Positions 1-7,531 of a DNA stretch of 32,781 nucleotides are shown piece by piece; within the stretch, counting starts at the first letter, position 1, and each line of letters opens with the position of its first letter. A program made the translations under genes and the position numbers. The DNA is taken from IMG/VR virus record IMGVR_UViG_3300033407_000522, positions 1-32,781 of that record. The stretch is one strand, 5' to 3'. Below the pieces are notes generated by a model. It saw only the letters and a list, made by a program, of their open reading frames with translations. It was not told the origin of the DNA and did no database searches. Source of the DNA: a virus (Duplodnaviria; Caudoviricetes).

Positions 1-126
1 CTCCTGCCCGAGAGCCTCGCCAGGCTCGGTGATGCTGAACGTCAGCGCCACCTGCTCCTTGCCCGTGCTGGTCGTGCCGAGGTCTGCTGCGACGCAGACC
101 GCGTTGTACTTGCCGTTGCTGATCAT
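1..126 (-). CDS. Probable ssDNA-binding protein (DUF669-like), N-terminal part; runs off the window edge
   Basis: ATG at 126 overlaps the upstream TGA (ATGA), with SD GAAGGAGG. Reads MISNGKYNAVCVAADLGTTSTGKEQVALTFSITEPGE. Position after a Sak4-type ATPase is typical for this SSB type. Confidence 0.6.
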   Translation of the reverse strand, partial: MISNGKYNAVCVAADLGTTSTGKEQVALTFSITEPGEALGQE

Positions 127-1223
127 CTCTGTCCTCCTTCGAGAGTTGCGGAAAGCTGGCTGCTGAGTTGCGCCAGCCGGCCCGGGTCACCCCGGACCTG
201 GTCGAACACGAACTGCGCCTTCTCCCGGATGTTCTTCGGGAGCGCTTCGATCTTCTCCTCGCAGCGCTTGACGAGGATGTCGTACGGTTCGGGCAGGCCG
301 TCGATCACCGCCTCGATGTAGTCCTCCCAGGAGAGAGGCAGCGGATCGGGCAGTGAGTTGCGGTTCTTCGCCGCGTATGCCGGAGAGGATCGGGTCCGGA
401 TGAACCGGGCATCGCCGGTGTCGATCACCTTGGCCTTGCCCTTGTCGCCCGGCATCTTGGCGGCGCGGATGTCGAACGTCATGTAGAGCACGTCGTCCGC
501 CCACTGGCGCCAGAGGTTCGCGGCGTTGCTGTTCTTCCCGGTCCACATGGACAGGTCGAACGTGTCGTAGTCGTCGCCGAGCGGGTTCGTCACCGTGTAC
601 TGCTTGGCGTGGAACAGCACGATGACGTGCATCCCGCGCTTGTGGCAGGCGTCGAGGGCTGCGATCAAGCGGCGCTGCTCCTGGAGCGACGCCGTGTAGC
701 CCTTCTGCCATCCGCCGCCCACCTGCTCGATGGTCTTGACGCCGGCCTCTCGGCTGAGGTGCTCGAAGAGCAGCCCTTCCGCCCAGTCCATCGTGTCGAG
801 CACGACGGTCTCCCGGTCGTGCTCCTGAGTTGCGACGTTCCAGGCGAGCGCCACGACATCCTCCCAGGTCGAAGGCACCGGGAAGACGAGCAGGTCGAGG
901 TCGGCCCCGTTGCTGGGCATGAGCTTGCGGTTCAGCCCCATCTCGGCGCAGATAAAGCCGGGCTTCTTGGCCATGGCCCCGAACGTGGTCTTGCCGACAC
1001 CGTCCGTGCCGTAGGCCACGATGCGCTGCGCTGGCTCGCCGCTCGCCGTGGTGACCACGGAGATGGGGGTCGAGTTCGACAGGTCCATCCGCTGTGCCGC
1101 GGACCCGCCGTTCGTGGGCTTCTGCGTGGCGGTCACCTCACCCGTGTTCGCCAGAACACAGGGGCTGCACTTCGGCACGAACTGAACGTGCGCGGCGCAG
1201 TGTTTGAGCTGTTCCATTGCCAT
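123..1223 (-). CDS. AAA_24/Sak4-like ATPase (phage single-strand annealing recombinase)
   Basis: Walker A YGTDGVGKTT, Walker B VVLDTMDWAE, GGW.KGY, W.D.V.Y and AKNR motifs; SD GGAGG before ATG 1223. Confidence 0.85.
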   Translation of the reverse strand: MAMEQLKHCAAHVQFVPKCSPCVLANTGEVTATQKPTNGGSAAQRMDLSNSTPISVVTTASGEPAQRIVAYGTDGVGKTTFGAMAKKPGFICAEMGLNRKLMPSNGADLDLLVFPVPSTWEDVVALAWNVATQEHDRETVVLDTMDWAEGLLFEHLSREAGVKTIEQVGGGWQKGYTASLQEQRRLIAALDACHKRGMHVIVLFHAKQYTVTNPLGDDYDTFDLSMWTGKNSNAANLWRQWADDVLYMTFDIRAAKMPGDKGKAKVIDTGDARFIRTRSSPAYAAKNRNSLPDPLPLSWEDYIEAVIDGLPEPYDILVKRCEEKIEALPKNIREKAQFVFDQVRGDPGRLAQLSSQLSATLEGGQR

Positions 1224-2312
1224 CTAAGAGTCCTCCTGTTTCAGTTCACGGTCCGGGTTCTCGAGCTTCTGGTAGAGCAGCGGATCCTCCAGGGTCGCTT
1301 GCTTGGTGCAGACAGGGAAGAACTCGCACATCTTCCGGTAGCGTTCGCACGCTCCGGGTGACATGGGGAACGTCCCCTTTGCGCGGTTGTGCTGGATCTG
1401 AAGGCCCGTCTGCCAGGCCATCTCCTGGAACTCATTCAGTTCTCCCTCCGTGCGCTGGATCTCTCCGCGCACGAAGTACTCGTCGACCTTGTCGCGGATG
1501 TCGTCCTTCAGACGGAGGCGGAACTGCTCCGGCGTCTCGTCCCGCTCGTGCTGTCCGGCGTACAACTCGCCGTCCCGGTGCCCGACGCACTTGTTCTTGC
1601 ACCGCTTGTTGCACTTGTACTTCTTCGACTCCTCCGGGGTCTCCCGGAAGGGCCGAAGCGCGGGCTTCTTCAGCACGTCGTAGATCACCCCCTGGACAGG
1701 CAGCTCACTGACCACCGATCCGCCGAGCCAGTAGCAACTGATCTGCGGATCAAGACCGAGGCCCTGCCAGTAGGTGGAGCCGGGTCCGATGTCCTGGCTC
1801 GAGGTCTTGTGCTCGACCACGAGGTGCCGCCCGTGCTCGTCGAGGACGCCGGCGTCGATCACGCCGGCGAGATCCCAGGTCTGCGACTGCCCGCCCGTCT
1901 CCGGGTTGATGTGGCGGATGCGGAACTGCTTCTCGACGTAGATGATGGTGTACCGCTGATCGCACCAGCGGACGTGGTAGCCGCGCATCAGTTCCTCGGC
2001 GCGCACCAGGTCGAAGGGGTCACACTCGCGGCCCGGGTCGCTCGCCCGCATGCCCTGGATCGCCATGCGCAGGGCGTTCAGCGGGTCCATGCCCCAGGAA
2101 ACAGGCTGTCCGATCTCCCTGTCTTGATGCTGTTCGGCGATGACCTTCATGGCCGACCACCACACCTCGAGGCCCGCATGCAGCAGGGTCCCGAAGCGGA
2201 GCGGGCCGGCGACGTCGGTCGCTCGGTAGCCGAGGTCATACTGGTAGTGGAAGAGCCGGTCGCACCGGTCCTTCACGGCCAGTCTGGTTTTTGTGAGTGG
2301 TTCTCGAGCCAC
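1224..2312 (-). CDS. PD-(D/E)XK exonuclease, Cas4/RecB-like, with probable Fe-S cysteines
   Basis: GTLLHAGLE, GVIDA, VVEHKT and Q..xY motifs; N-terminal Cys (RCDR) plus C-terminal C-x6-C-x5-C; GTG 2312 after GGGAG. Confidence 0.85.
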   Translation of the reverse strand: MAREPLTKTRLAVKDRCDRLFHYQYDLGYRATDVAGPLRFGTLLHAGLEVWWSAMKVIAEQHQDREIGQPVSWGMDPLNALRMAIQGMRASDPGRECDPFDLVRAEELMRGYHVRWCDQRYTIIYVEKQFRIRHINPETGGQSQTWDLAGVIDAGVLDEHGRHLVVEHKTSSQDIGPGSTYWQGLGLDPQISCYWLGGSVVSELPVQGVIYDVLKKPALRPFRETPEESKKYKCNKRCKNKCVGHRDGELYAGQHERDETPEQFRLRLKDDIRDKVDEYFVRGEIQRTEGELNEFQEMAWQTGLQIQHNRAKGTFPMSPGACERYRKMCEFFPVCTKQATLEDPLLYQKLENPDRELKQEDS

Positions 2313-2323
2313 GTCTGTCTCCC

Positions 2324-2438
2324 GTGAAAAAGACCCACCCACCCCCGCCTGGTAGCATGGAGAATGTGGAGAAAACTCGCCGGCAGGGGCGGGTGGGTGG
2401 TGAAGGTTCTGGGGCCATGCTCCCCGCAGTAGATCGAC
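2324..2438 (-). ncRNA. Candidate structured RNA or attenuator with anti-SD loop and U-tract
   Basis: Long imperfect stem (2335-2352 with 2380-2400), loop UUUUCUCCACAUUCUCCAUGCUA, followed by UCUUUUU on the minus strand. Confidence 0.5.
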
Positions 2439-2801
2439 TCAGTTGTCGGAGATCAACGGTCCGGGGTGATCGCCCGCCATGTAGATCTTCAGACAGCGCT
2501 CGCGGATCAGCGGCCAGACGCGCGCCGCCAGCTCGACGTACTCGTCGAACTGCGCGCACAGCTTCGGGCTGATCGTTTTCAGTAGCGGATCGAGATGCGC
2601 CTCGATCTTCGGGTTGAACTCCCGTGCGGTGAGGGCTGCGAGGGAGGCAGCCATGACCTGCTTCAGCGCGGCATCGAGCTTCTGTCTCTGCTCGAGCTGG
2701 CAGGCGTTGCTGAACGCCGAGACCGAGGTCTCCATCTGGAAGAGGGCGATCTGCTTGCGCGCTTCCTCGAACTCTTCCGGTGTCACGTCCTTGAAATTCA
2801 C
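2439..2801 (-). CDS. Hypothetical protein
   Basis: GTG 2801 with SD AAGGAG and GTGA overlap; alpha-helical composition. Confidence 0.7.
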   Translation of the reverse strand: MNFKDVTPEEFEEARKQIALFQMETSVSAFSNACQLEQRQKLDAALKQVMAASLAALTAREFNPKIEAHLDPLLKTISPKLCAQFDEYVELAARVWPLIRERCLKIYMAGDHPGPLISDN

Positions 2802-2911
2802 GTTGACGCTCCTTGCATCCACAACCAGATGATCACGACCCAGACCAGGAGCGCGATCATACTGATTGCCACGTTGTGAAGCGCGTTCTGAGGCGGAGGT
2901 CTCGTACCCAT
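2798..2911 (-). CDS. Small membrane protein (37 aa), not in the ORF track
   Basis: MGTRPPPQNALHNVAISMIALLVWVVIIWLWMQGAST; overlaps both neighbours (TAATG, GTGA). Confidence 0.65.
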   Translation of the reverse strand: MGTRPPPQNALHNVAISMIALLVWVVIIWLWMQGAST

Positions 2912-3072
2912 TATTGCCGGGCCTGCTTCTTGGCGTGCGCCTTGGCGCGCTTCCAGGTGGAGCGGTTGGTCAGGGACCAGCCGGCCTTGAGGCGGGCTTT
3001 GACGGCGGTGTCCTTGACGCGGATCACCTCCAGGCCCTGCCCGTCCTCGAGGTTTCGCTTCATGGTCTTCAT
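2911..3072 (-). CDS. Small basic hypothetical protein
   Basis: MKTMKRNLEDG...AKKQARQ; TGATG-coupled to the upstream gene. Confidence 0.65.
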   Translation of the reverse strand: MKTMKRNLEDGQGLEVIRVKDTAVKARLKAGWSLTNRSTWKRAKAHAKKQARQ

Positions 3073-3410
3073 CAGATGAAGTCTGCCGGGAAGTTGCTCT
3101 CGAAGGCCCGGCACTCCGCCTTCATCAGTGCGTCGGCGTGCTGGTCGAGGATCTGGTCCACGACTTCCTTGGGGAGCTTCGTCAGGGCATCGCCGATGAG
3201 CTGGGCGAGCTGTTTGATGCTCATGTAGGCGTCGGTCGGTCTGTACTCGTTCTCTCCGAGGGACACGCAGCACTCGCGCCCCCCCTTGCTGGTGTCGAGC
3301 AGCAAGACCGAGAGGTCTTCCTTGGGGCCGACCCAGATGGTGCCCCACCCTTCCAGGCGACCGTGTTCCATGGTCCCACGCTCGATGGTGGTGTAAGTTC
3401 CTCTACACAT
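3072..3410 (-). CDS. Hypothetical protein
   Basis: ATG 3410 with SD AAAGGA; tiles the operon. Confidence 0.7.
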   Translation of the reverse strand: MCRGTYTTIERGTMEHGRLEGWGTIWVGPKEDLSVLLLDTSKGGRECCVSLGENEYRPTDAYMSIKQLAQLIGDALTKLPKEVVDQILDQHADALMKAECRAFESNFPADFI

Positions 3411-3426
3411 AAGAGTCCTTTCTGTT

Positions 3427-3810
3427 CTAGTTCTCGTCGTCCTGCATGAGCAGCTCCGCCTCGCGGCGGACCATGCGGTCATCTGCTTGCTCGAAGAACT
3501 GCATGAGAGCCTCGAGCGCCGCTCGAGCGGCAGCTTCCGCGGCCGGCAAGAGCCGGTATGGACGTGGGCGGATCAGCGTCACGAGGTCGCAGCCCGGTGC
3601 AGCGGCCAGGAGTTCAGCCAGACGGTCACGCCTCTCGCTGAGGGTATCCATCCACCACTCGAGGCGACGTGCGACGCTCTCCACGGTGGTCGAGAGCATG
3701 TTCTTCTCAGCCCGCTCCAGGGCCCGCTCGTAGCGGGCATCCTCGGGCCGGTTACCGGGCATGCGAGACTCCTCGCAGCCGGGCGGTAGGTCCCAGCCGA
3801 ATCGTTCCAT
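3427..3810 (-). CDS. Hypothetical phage protein (GWDLPPGC/PGNRPED N-terminus)
   Basis: SD AAGGAG; tiles the operon. Confidence 0.7.
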   Translation of the reverse strand: MERFGWDLPPGCEESRMPGNRPEDARYERALERAEKNMLSTTVESVARRLEWWMDTLSERRDRLAELLAAAPGCDLVTLIRPRPYRLLPAAEAAARAALEALMQFFEQADDRMVRREAELLMQDDEN

Positions 3811-3811
3811 G

Positions 3812-3958
3812 TCAATCTCCTTTCTCGCCGCTGTCGCGGCGGCAGTGTTCTTCGTGGTCGTCGCCGGCCATGAGCCAGATTCCCACCCAGGCGAGAATCA
3901 GGGCGGCGAGCCAGACGAGCGCCAGGCCGAGGATCAGGTAGGCGATGGTGGTGGTCAT
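3812..3958 (-). CDS. Small membrane protein (48 aa), not in the ORF track
   Basis: MTTTIAYLILGLALVWLAALILAWVGIWLMAGDDHEEHCRRDSGEKGD; SD GGAG. Confidence 0.65.
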   Translation of the reverse strand: MTTTIAYLILGLALVWLAALILAWVGIWLMAGDDHEEHCRRDSGEKGD

Positions 3959-3961
3959 CAC

Positions 3962-4480
3962 TCAGTCTCCAGCAGTCCGGTTGCGCAGGTCCTGGAAATA
4001 GTTCAGGGTTCCGCGCAGCTCGATGTCATCTGCAAGAGCATCGGCAGCTGCCTTGACGGCGGCTCGTTCCAGGTCGTCATCGGAGCTGGTAGCGGTGATC
4101 CCATAGTCCGCCGCGACCTCCTGAACGCTCCGGCTGGCGAACCAGTCACCGGCGTCCCACTGCTCTCGCGACGCCTCGACGGTCATCCACGACTCCTGCG
4201 GGTCGCTGTCGTCGCCTGTGGATCGCTCGTCGTCTGCGAGGATCGTGAAGCCGAGCCGGTGCGCCTCCGCCCGGGCATCATCGATGGTCGCGTACTCTCC
4301 GTGCGCGGTCATGCACTCGTCGTTCGTGGTGCCGAGCCATCCATCGGTGCACGGCTCGTGCGACTGGTTCTTGCATCCAGGCTTGGCCCAGATCTCCATC
4401 CGGCGTGTGTCGCCGCGCCAGTTGCCGTGGTTGTCCTTCTTGTCCGGTCCCACGTACTCGGTCTCAATCAGGTACATCAT
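3962..4480 (-). CDS. Hypothetical acidic protein
   Basis: Open frame with SD GGAGGAG; tiles the operon. Confidence 0.75.
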   Translation of the reverse strand: MMYLIETEYVGPDKKDNHGNWRGDTRRMEIWAKPGCKNQSHEPCTDGWLGTTNDECMTAHGEYATIDDARAEAHRLGFTILADDERSTGDDSDPQESWMTVEASREQWDAGDWFASRSVQEVAADYGITATSSDDDLERAAVKAAADALADDIELRGTLNYFQDLRNRTAGD

Positions 4481-4743
4481 CACTCAGTCTCCTCCGGAGC
4501 CAGGCACGCACGCCCCTGGATCTCTAGCTCCGAGATCCACTCGCTGAGTTCCTCCTCGGTCACAAAGAACCAGCCAGAGTCTCCGGTCCCGTGCAGGATG
4601 CCGGAGGGGCACACTGAGACCGCGTCCCAGTTGCCCCACTCGGCCAGCGCCTGCTCCCACGTCTGGCCGCCGTCTTCGTTGGTCTCGCAGGCGTCCCAGT
4701 CCTCCCGGATCTTGAGGGCCTTAGCTGTTGCCGTCATCTTCAT
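4480..4743 (-). CDS. Hypothetical acidic, Trp-rich protein
   Basis: SD GGAGG; TGATG coupling at both ends. Confidence 0.75.
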   Translation of the reverse strand: MKMTATAKALKIREDWDACETNEDGGQTWEQALAEWGNWDAVSVCPSGILHGTGDSGWFFVTEEELSEWISELEIQGRACLAPEETE

Positions 4744-5156
4744 CAGTATTCCTCCTTCAACAAGATCGTCCCGTCAACACACCAGCAAGTGAACGGCAGC
4801 AGCTCCTCGGGAAAGTCGCTGTACCCGATGACCTGTCGCGCAAGCACCGTGGACTTGTTCGGCGTGTCGGACCAGCAGCGAGCAATCCAGCGCTGCCCAT
4901 CGCTGTGGCGCGCCAGCTCCCAGACCTGGAAGTTCCGCGTTCCGGCGAGCTTCCTGCGCACCTTCGGCTGCCAGGAGCCGATGAGGTCGATCAGCCAGTA
5001 AGCGCCGCACGTCTCCGCGACGTAGCGCATGCCCTCGGTGTAGACCACGGGCAGGAAGGTGTGCCGGAAAAACTGCTCCGATCCATTCGTCTGGCGCATG
5101 TACTCAAGCACCAGCTCGGCCTTCTCGGAGCTACTCGTCATCGTGTTTTCACTCAT
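4743..5156 (-). CDS. DUF6876-like protein
   Basis: YTEGMRYVAETCGAYWLIDLIGS, FQVWEL, QxIxYSDFP and terminal LLKEEY match my recollection of this family. Confidence 0.65.
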   Translation of the reverse strand: MSENTMTSSSEKAELVLEYMRQTNGSEQFFRHTFLPVVYTEGMRYVAETCGAYWLIDLIGSWQPKVRRKLAGTRNFQVWELARHSDGQRWIARCWSDTPNKSTVLARQVIGYSDFPEELLPFTCWCVDGTILLKEEY

Positions 5157-5159
5157 CTC

Positions 5160-5357
5160 TCATCTCCATGTCTCCGTTTTCCGAATCTCGATCTCCTCGC
5201 GGAGATCCACGGCGCAGGCCCTCAGCTCGCGCTTCAGGCTCTCGTCCTCCTCGCTCCCGCTGCCCTCCCAGCTCTCGTACTCTTCCGCCGACTCCACTAG
5301 CTCGTCCAGCGAAGTCGAGACGTGCACGCGGGGCTTGCCGCTGCTGTAGGTTCTCAT
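5160..5357 (-). CDS. Hypothetical acidic protein
   Basis: Starts in the junction repeat; tiles the operon. Confidence 0.65.
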   Translation of the reverse strand: MRTYSSGKPRVHVSTSLDELVESAEEYESWEGSGSEEDESLKRELRACAVDLREEIEIRKTETWR

Positions 5358-5554
5358 CACTCAGTCTCCATCATCGGAACAGGTTCGCGCTTGCGCAGCC
5401 GCGCAGCCGTCCTGATGCGGATGTCTCGCCCCGTGGCGAGGTTCGTCGCCCACCAGCCGCCGAGGTGGTGGACGGCGTAGATGCGGACCGTGGTCAGCCT
5501 GCCGCTGACCTTGGCGGTGTAGTCACCACCGAGTTCGATCTCGTGCTTGCGCAT
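5357..5554 (-). CDS. Small beta-rich hypothetical protein
   Basis: MRKHEIELGGDYTAKVSGRLTTVRI...GGWWATNLATGRDIRIRTAARLR; ATG 5554 with SD AGGAG. Confidence 0.75.
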   Translation of the reverse strand: MRKHEIELGGDYTAKVSGRLTTVRIYAVHHLGGWWATNLATGRDIRIRTAARLRKREPVPMMETE

Positions 5555-5580
5555 GCTCAGTCTCCTGTTGCTATCCGGTC

Positions 5581-5681
5581 GCCAATCCGGGTGAGGCGTA
5601 GAGGCGGGCCGGCCAGTGGAGAAATATCGCACGTCAGAGCCGACCCGCCAGGATTGCCTGTTCGGGAACGAAGACGTTCCC
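5581..5681 (-). ncRNA. Candidate structured intergenic RNA with anti-SD loop
   Basis: 11-bp stem 5603-5613/5639-5649 (G.U on the minus strand), outer stem 5583-5588/5651-5656, loop containing UUUCUCCACUG, extra hairpin 5664-5681. Confidence 0.5.
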
Positions 5682-5695
5682 CCGTGCGAACGAAT

Positions 5696-6073
5696 CTACT
5701 TTCCGAAGCTCAGGCGTCGACCACCGTGCACAATCATGCTGTGCGCAAATCGCAGATCCCCCAGCGCCACGGCTTCCTCTAACCTGATCGCGCAGGTTCC
5801 GATCCGCCGGAATTCATCCTCAGCGTAGCAGACGTCAACCATGGGTTGCGCGTTGCCAACGCAAACCCATTCACTCACAACAATTCCACCGTGAGCCGAC
5901 TTCGACCGGTACAGCTTCAGAGTCGTCTCGCCGTAGCCTTCTGGGTCCTTCCAGGTCGCCGTAGCATCGGGGCCCTTGTCCAGGCTGGAAAGCGCGATCA
6001 TGAAGAGGTGCGCTTTCTTCTCAGCGTAGACGACCTTTTCTTCCAACTCAGCCCGGGTCAACTTCGTTTTCAT
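5696..6073 (-). CDS. Hypothetical early protein
   Basis: ORF preceded by the conserved leader motif. Confidence 0.75.
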   Translation of the reverse strand: MKTKLTRAELEEKVVYAEKKAHLFMIALSSLDKGPDATATWKDPEGYGETTLKLYRSKSAHGGIVVSEWVCVGNAQPMVDVCYAEDEFRRIGTCAIRLEEAVALGDLRFAHSMIVHGGRRLSFGK

Positions 6074-6178
6074 TTTTCACTCTCCACTGCTACCAGCAGC
6101 ACAAGCGCTGCTCGTTGTTCGTTTCGCACAGTAGAGAGGGAAGTCGGGGCGCCCCTCGATAGGAGCGCCCCACGACGT

Positions 6179-6772
6179 TCAGTTGACGATCGGCATCAGC
6201 GTAGCCCTTCGGCCCAGCGCATCGTCGACATCCAGCCCGACCGGCTCGATCCCGATCGGCAGACTGTACGGGATCGGCTCGACGATCACCTTGCCGTCCA
6301 CGGCACGCCGCCGCTTGAAGCCGTTCTTCTTCAGCCGCAGCTCCACGCCCTCGACGCCGAAGGCCTGAGAGATGCGCCACAGAAGCGCCGCGTTGATCTG
6401 CAAGACCAGGTCGTCGTCGGCCTTCTCTTGCCAGACCTCGCTGACATGCGGAAACGTGCCCTTGAGCGCGTCGAAGGAGACCTGACCCAGCTTCTTCGTG
6501 AGAACGGAGACGTTCCCGTTCACGGTGATGCTGTGCCCCGTACCCTTCGGCTGAGCCAGAGCCATAGTCACCGCCGCCGCCGGCAGGATTGTCTCCGGCA
6601 GCTCCAGCTCTTCGTCACTCACCGACACAATCGGCACCTCGACGGCAATCCTGCCGTCCGTTGCCCTCAGCATGCCAGCCTTGAAGTCGACCTGGACGCC
6701 ACCAAGGGCGTACCGGCGGCTCGCCTCAGCATCGCAGACCTTTTCGATCTGCATTTCCTTGTAGAGTCGCAT
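6179..6772 (-). CDS. Truncated DNA polymerase III beta-clamp-like protein
   Basis: RYALGGV..., ATDGRIA, GTFPHVSEV, INAALL and terminal LMPI parallel the DnaN motifs R..L.GV, ATDGHRL, G.FPDY..V, FN..YL and MPM. Confidence 0.65.
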   Translation of the reverse strand: MRLYKEMQIEKVCDAEASRRYALGGVQVDFKAGMLRATDGRIAVEVPIVSVSDEELELPETILPAAAVTMALAQPKGTGHSITVNGNVSVLTKKLGQVSFDALKGTFPHVSEVWQEKADDDLVLQINAALLWRISQAFGVEGVELRLKKNGFKRRRAVDGKVIVEPIPYSLPIGIEPVGLDVDDALGRRATLMPIVN

Positions 6773-6885
6773 GATTCACTCTCCACTGCTACGGCAGGTC
6801 CTATTACCTGCTGTTGTTCGTTGTTCAGCTCGTGGAGAGGGATGGGTGCCCGGGCTGCACCTGCAACCCGGACCCCGAAGCATGC

Positions 6886-7155
6886 TCAATCGACGTCGAA
6901 CAGGATCGACCCACGGAACCGGACCGTCTTCCCCATCAGCTCCAAGGTCGTATCCATGCTCGACCAGCCACTGTCGACCAGCAGCGCGTACTTCTTCCCC
7001 GCCCGCTTGCCCTTCGTGCTCGTCCGCACCACCACCGCGTCCAGGTTCACCGGGAACTCGACCGTCAGGACCTTGCCCTTGTCGTCGATCTCGGCGTTCA
7101 GGACCGGGCCGCTCGTCACTCTGTCGACCAGCTTGATCTTCGTGCTCTTGCTCAT
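6886..7155 (-). CDS. Hypothetical early protein (beta-rich)
   Basis: ORF preceded by the leader motif. Confidence 0.75.
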   Translation of the reverse strand: MSKSTKIKLVDRVTSGPVLNAEIDDKGKVLTVEFPVNLDAVVVRTSTKGKRAGKKYALLVDSGWSSMDTTLELMGKTVRFRGSILFDVD

Positions 7156-7279
7156 GATCTACTCTCCACTGCTACCGGTGCGCGAAATTGCACACCATTG
7201 TCTGATCTCTGGAGCATCGGAACAGGCCCGAACCAGCCCTTTTCGGGCCGATTCGAGCCGATTCCACAACGCGTTTCCC

Positions 7280-7531
7280 CTACCCGACCCATCCCCGAAG
7301 GGACGGTCTCCAGTTCTTCGTGCAGTTCCGCAGGCTCACGCGCCGCGGCCGCTGCATCCGGCGAACTGCTTTCTCCAGCCCGGGCCAGTACTCGGTTCCG
7401 GAAACCTCGAACTTGTCGCCGTTCACGAGCTGCACACTTCGGCCCTTCGGCCGCTGCACCAGCTCTGTCTTGCTGACCAGCTCGCTCTCCGTCCTGGAAC
7501 CGTCCCTGCCGTACGTTACGATCGTCGCCAT
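7280..7531 (-). CDS. Hypothetical early protein, first gene of the leftward arm
   Basis: ORF preceded by the leader motif GGTAGCATGGAGA. Confidence 0.7.
   Translation of the reverse strand: MATIVTYGRDGSRTESELVSKTELVQRPKGRSVQLVNGDKFEVSGTEYWPGLEKAVRRMQRPRRVSLRNCTKNWRPSLRGWVG

Larger units (their letters stand above)
3956..5565 (-). repeat. Dispersed 15-nt gene-junction repeat GGAGACTGAGTGATG
   Basis: Exact copies at 3956-3970, 4478-4492 and 5355-5369; variant GGAGACTGAGCATG at 5552-5565. Confidence 0.9.

Noticed and set aside
1224-2312. Cas4 as part of a CRISPR system
   Set aside because: No array or other cas genes; the context is a standard exonuclease-Sak4-SSB recombination module.
6074-7279. 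Intergenic hairpins as integron attC sites or CRISPR repeats
   Set aside because: No RYYYAAC/GTTRRRY boxes and no integrase; stems differ in sequence and wobble pairs favour RNA structure.
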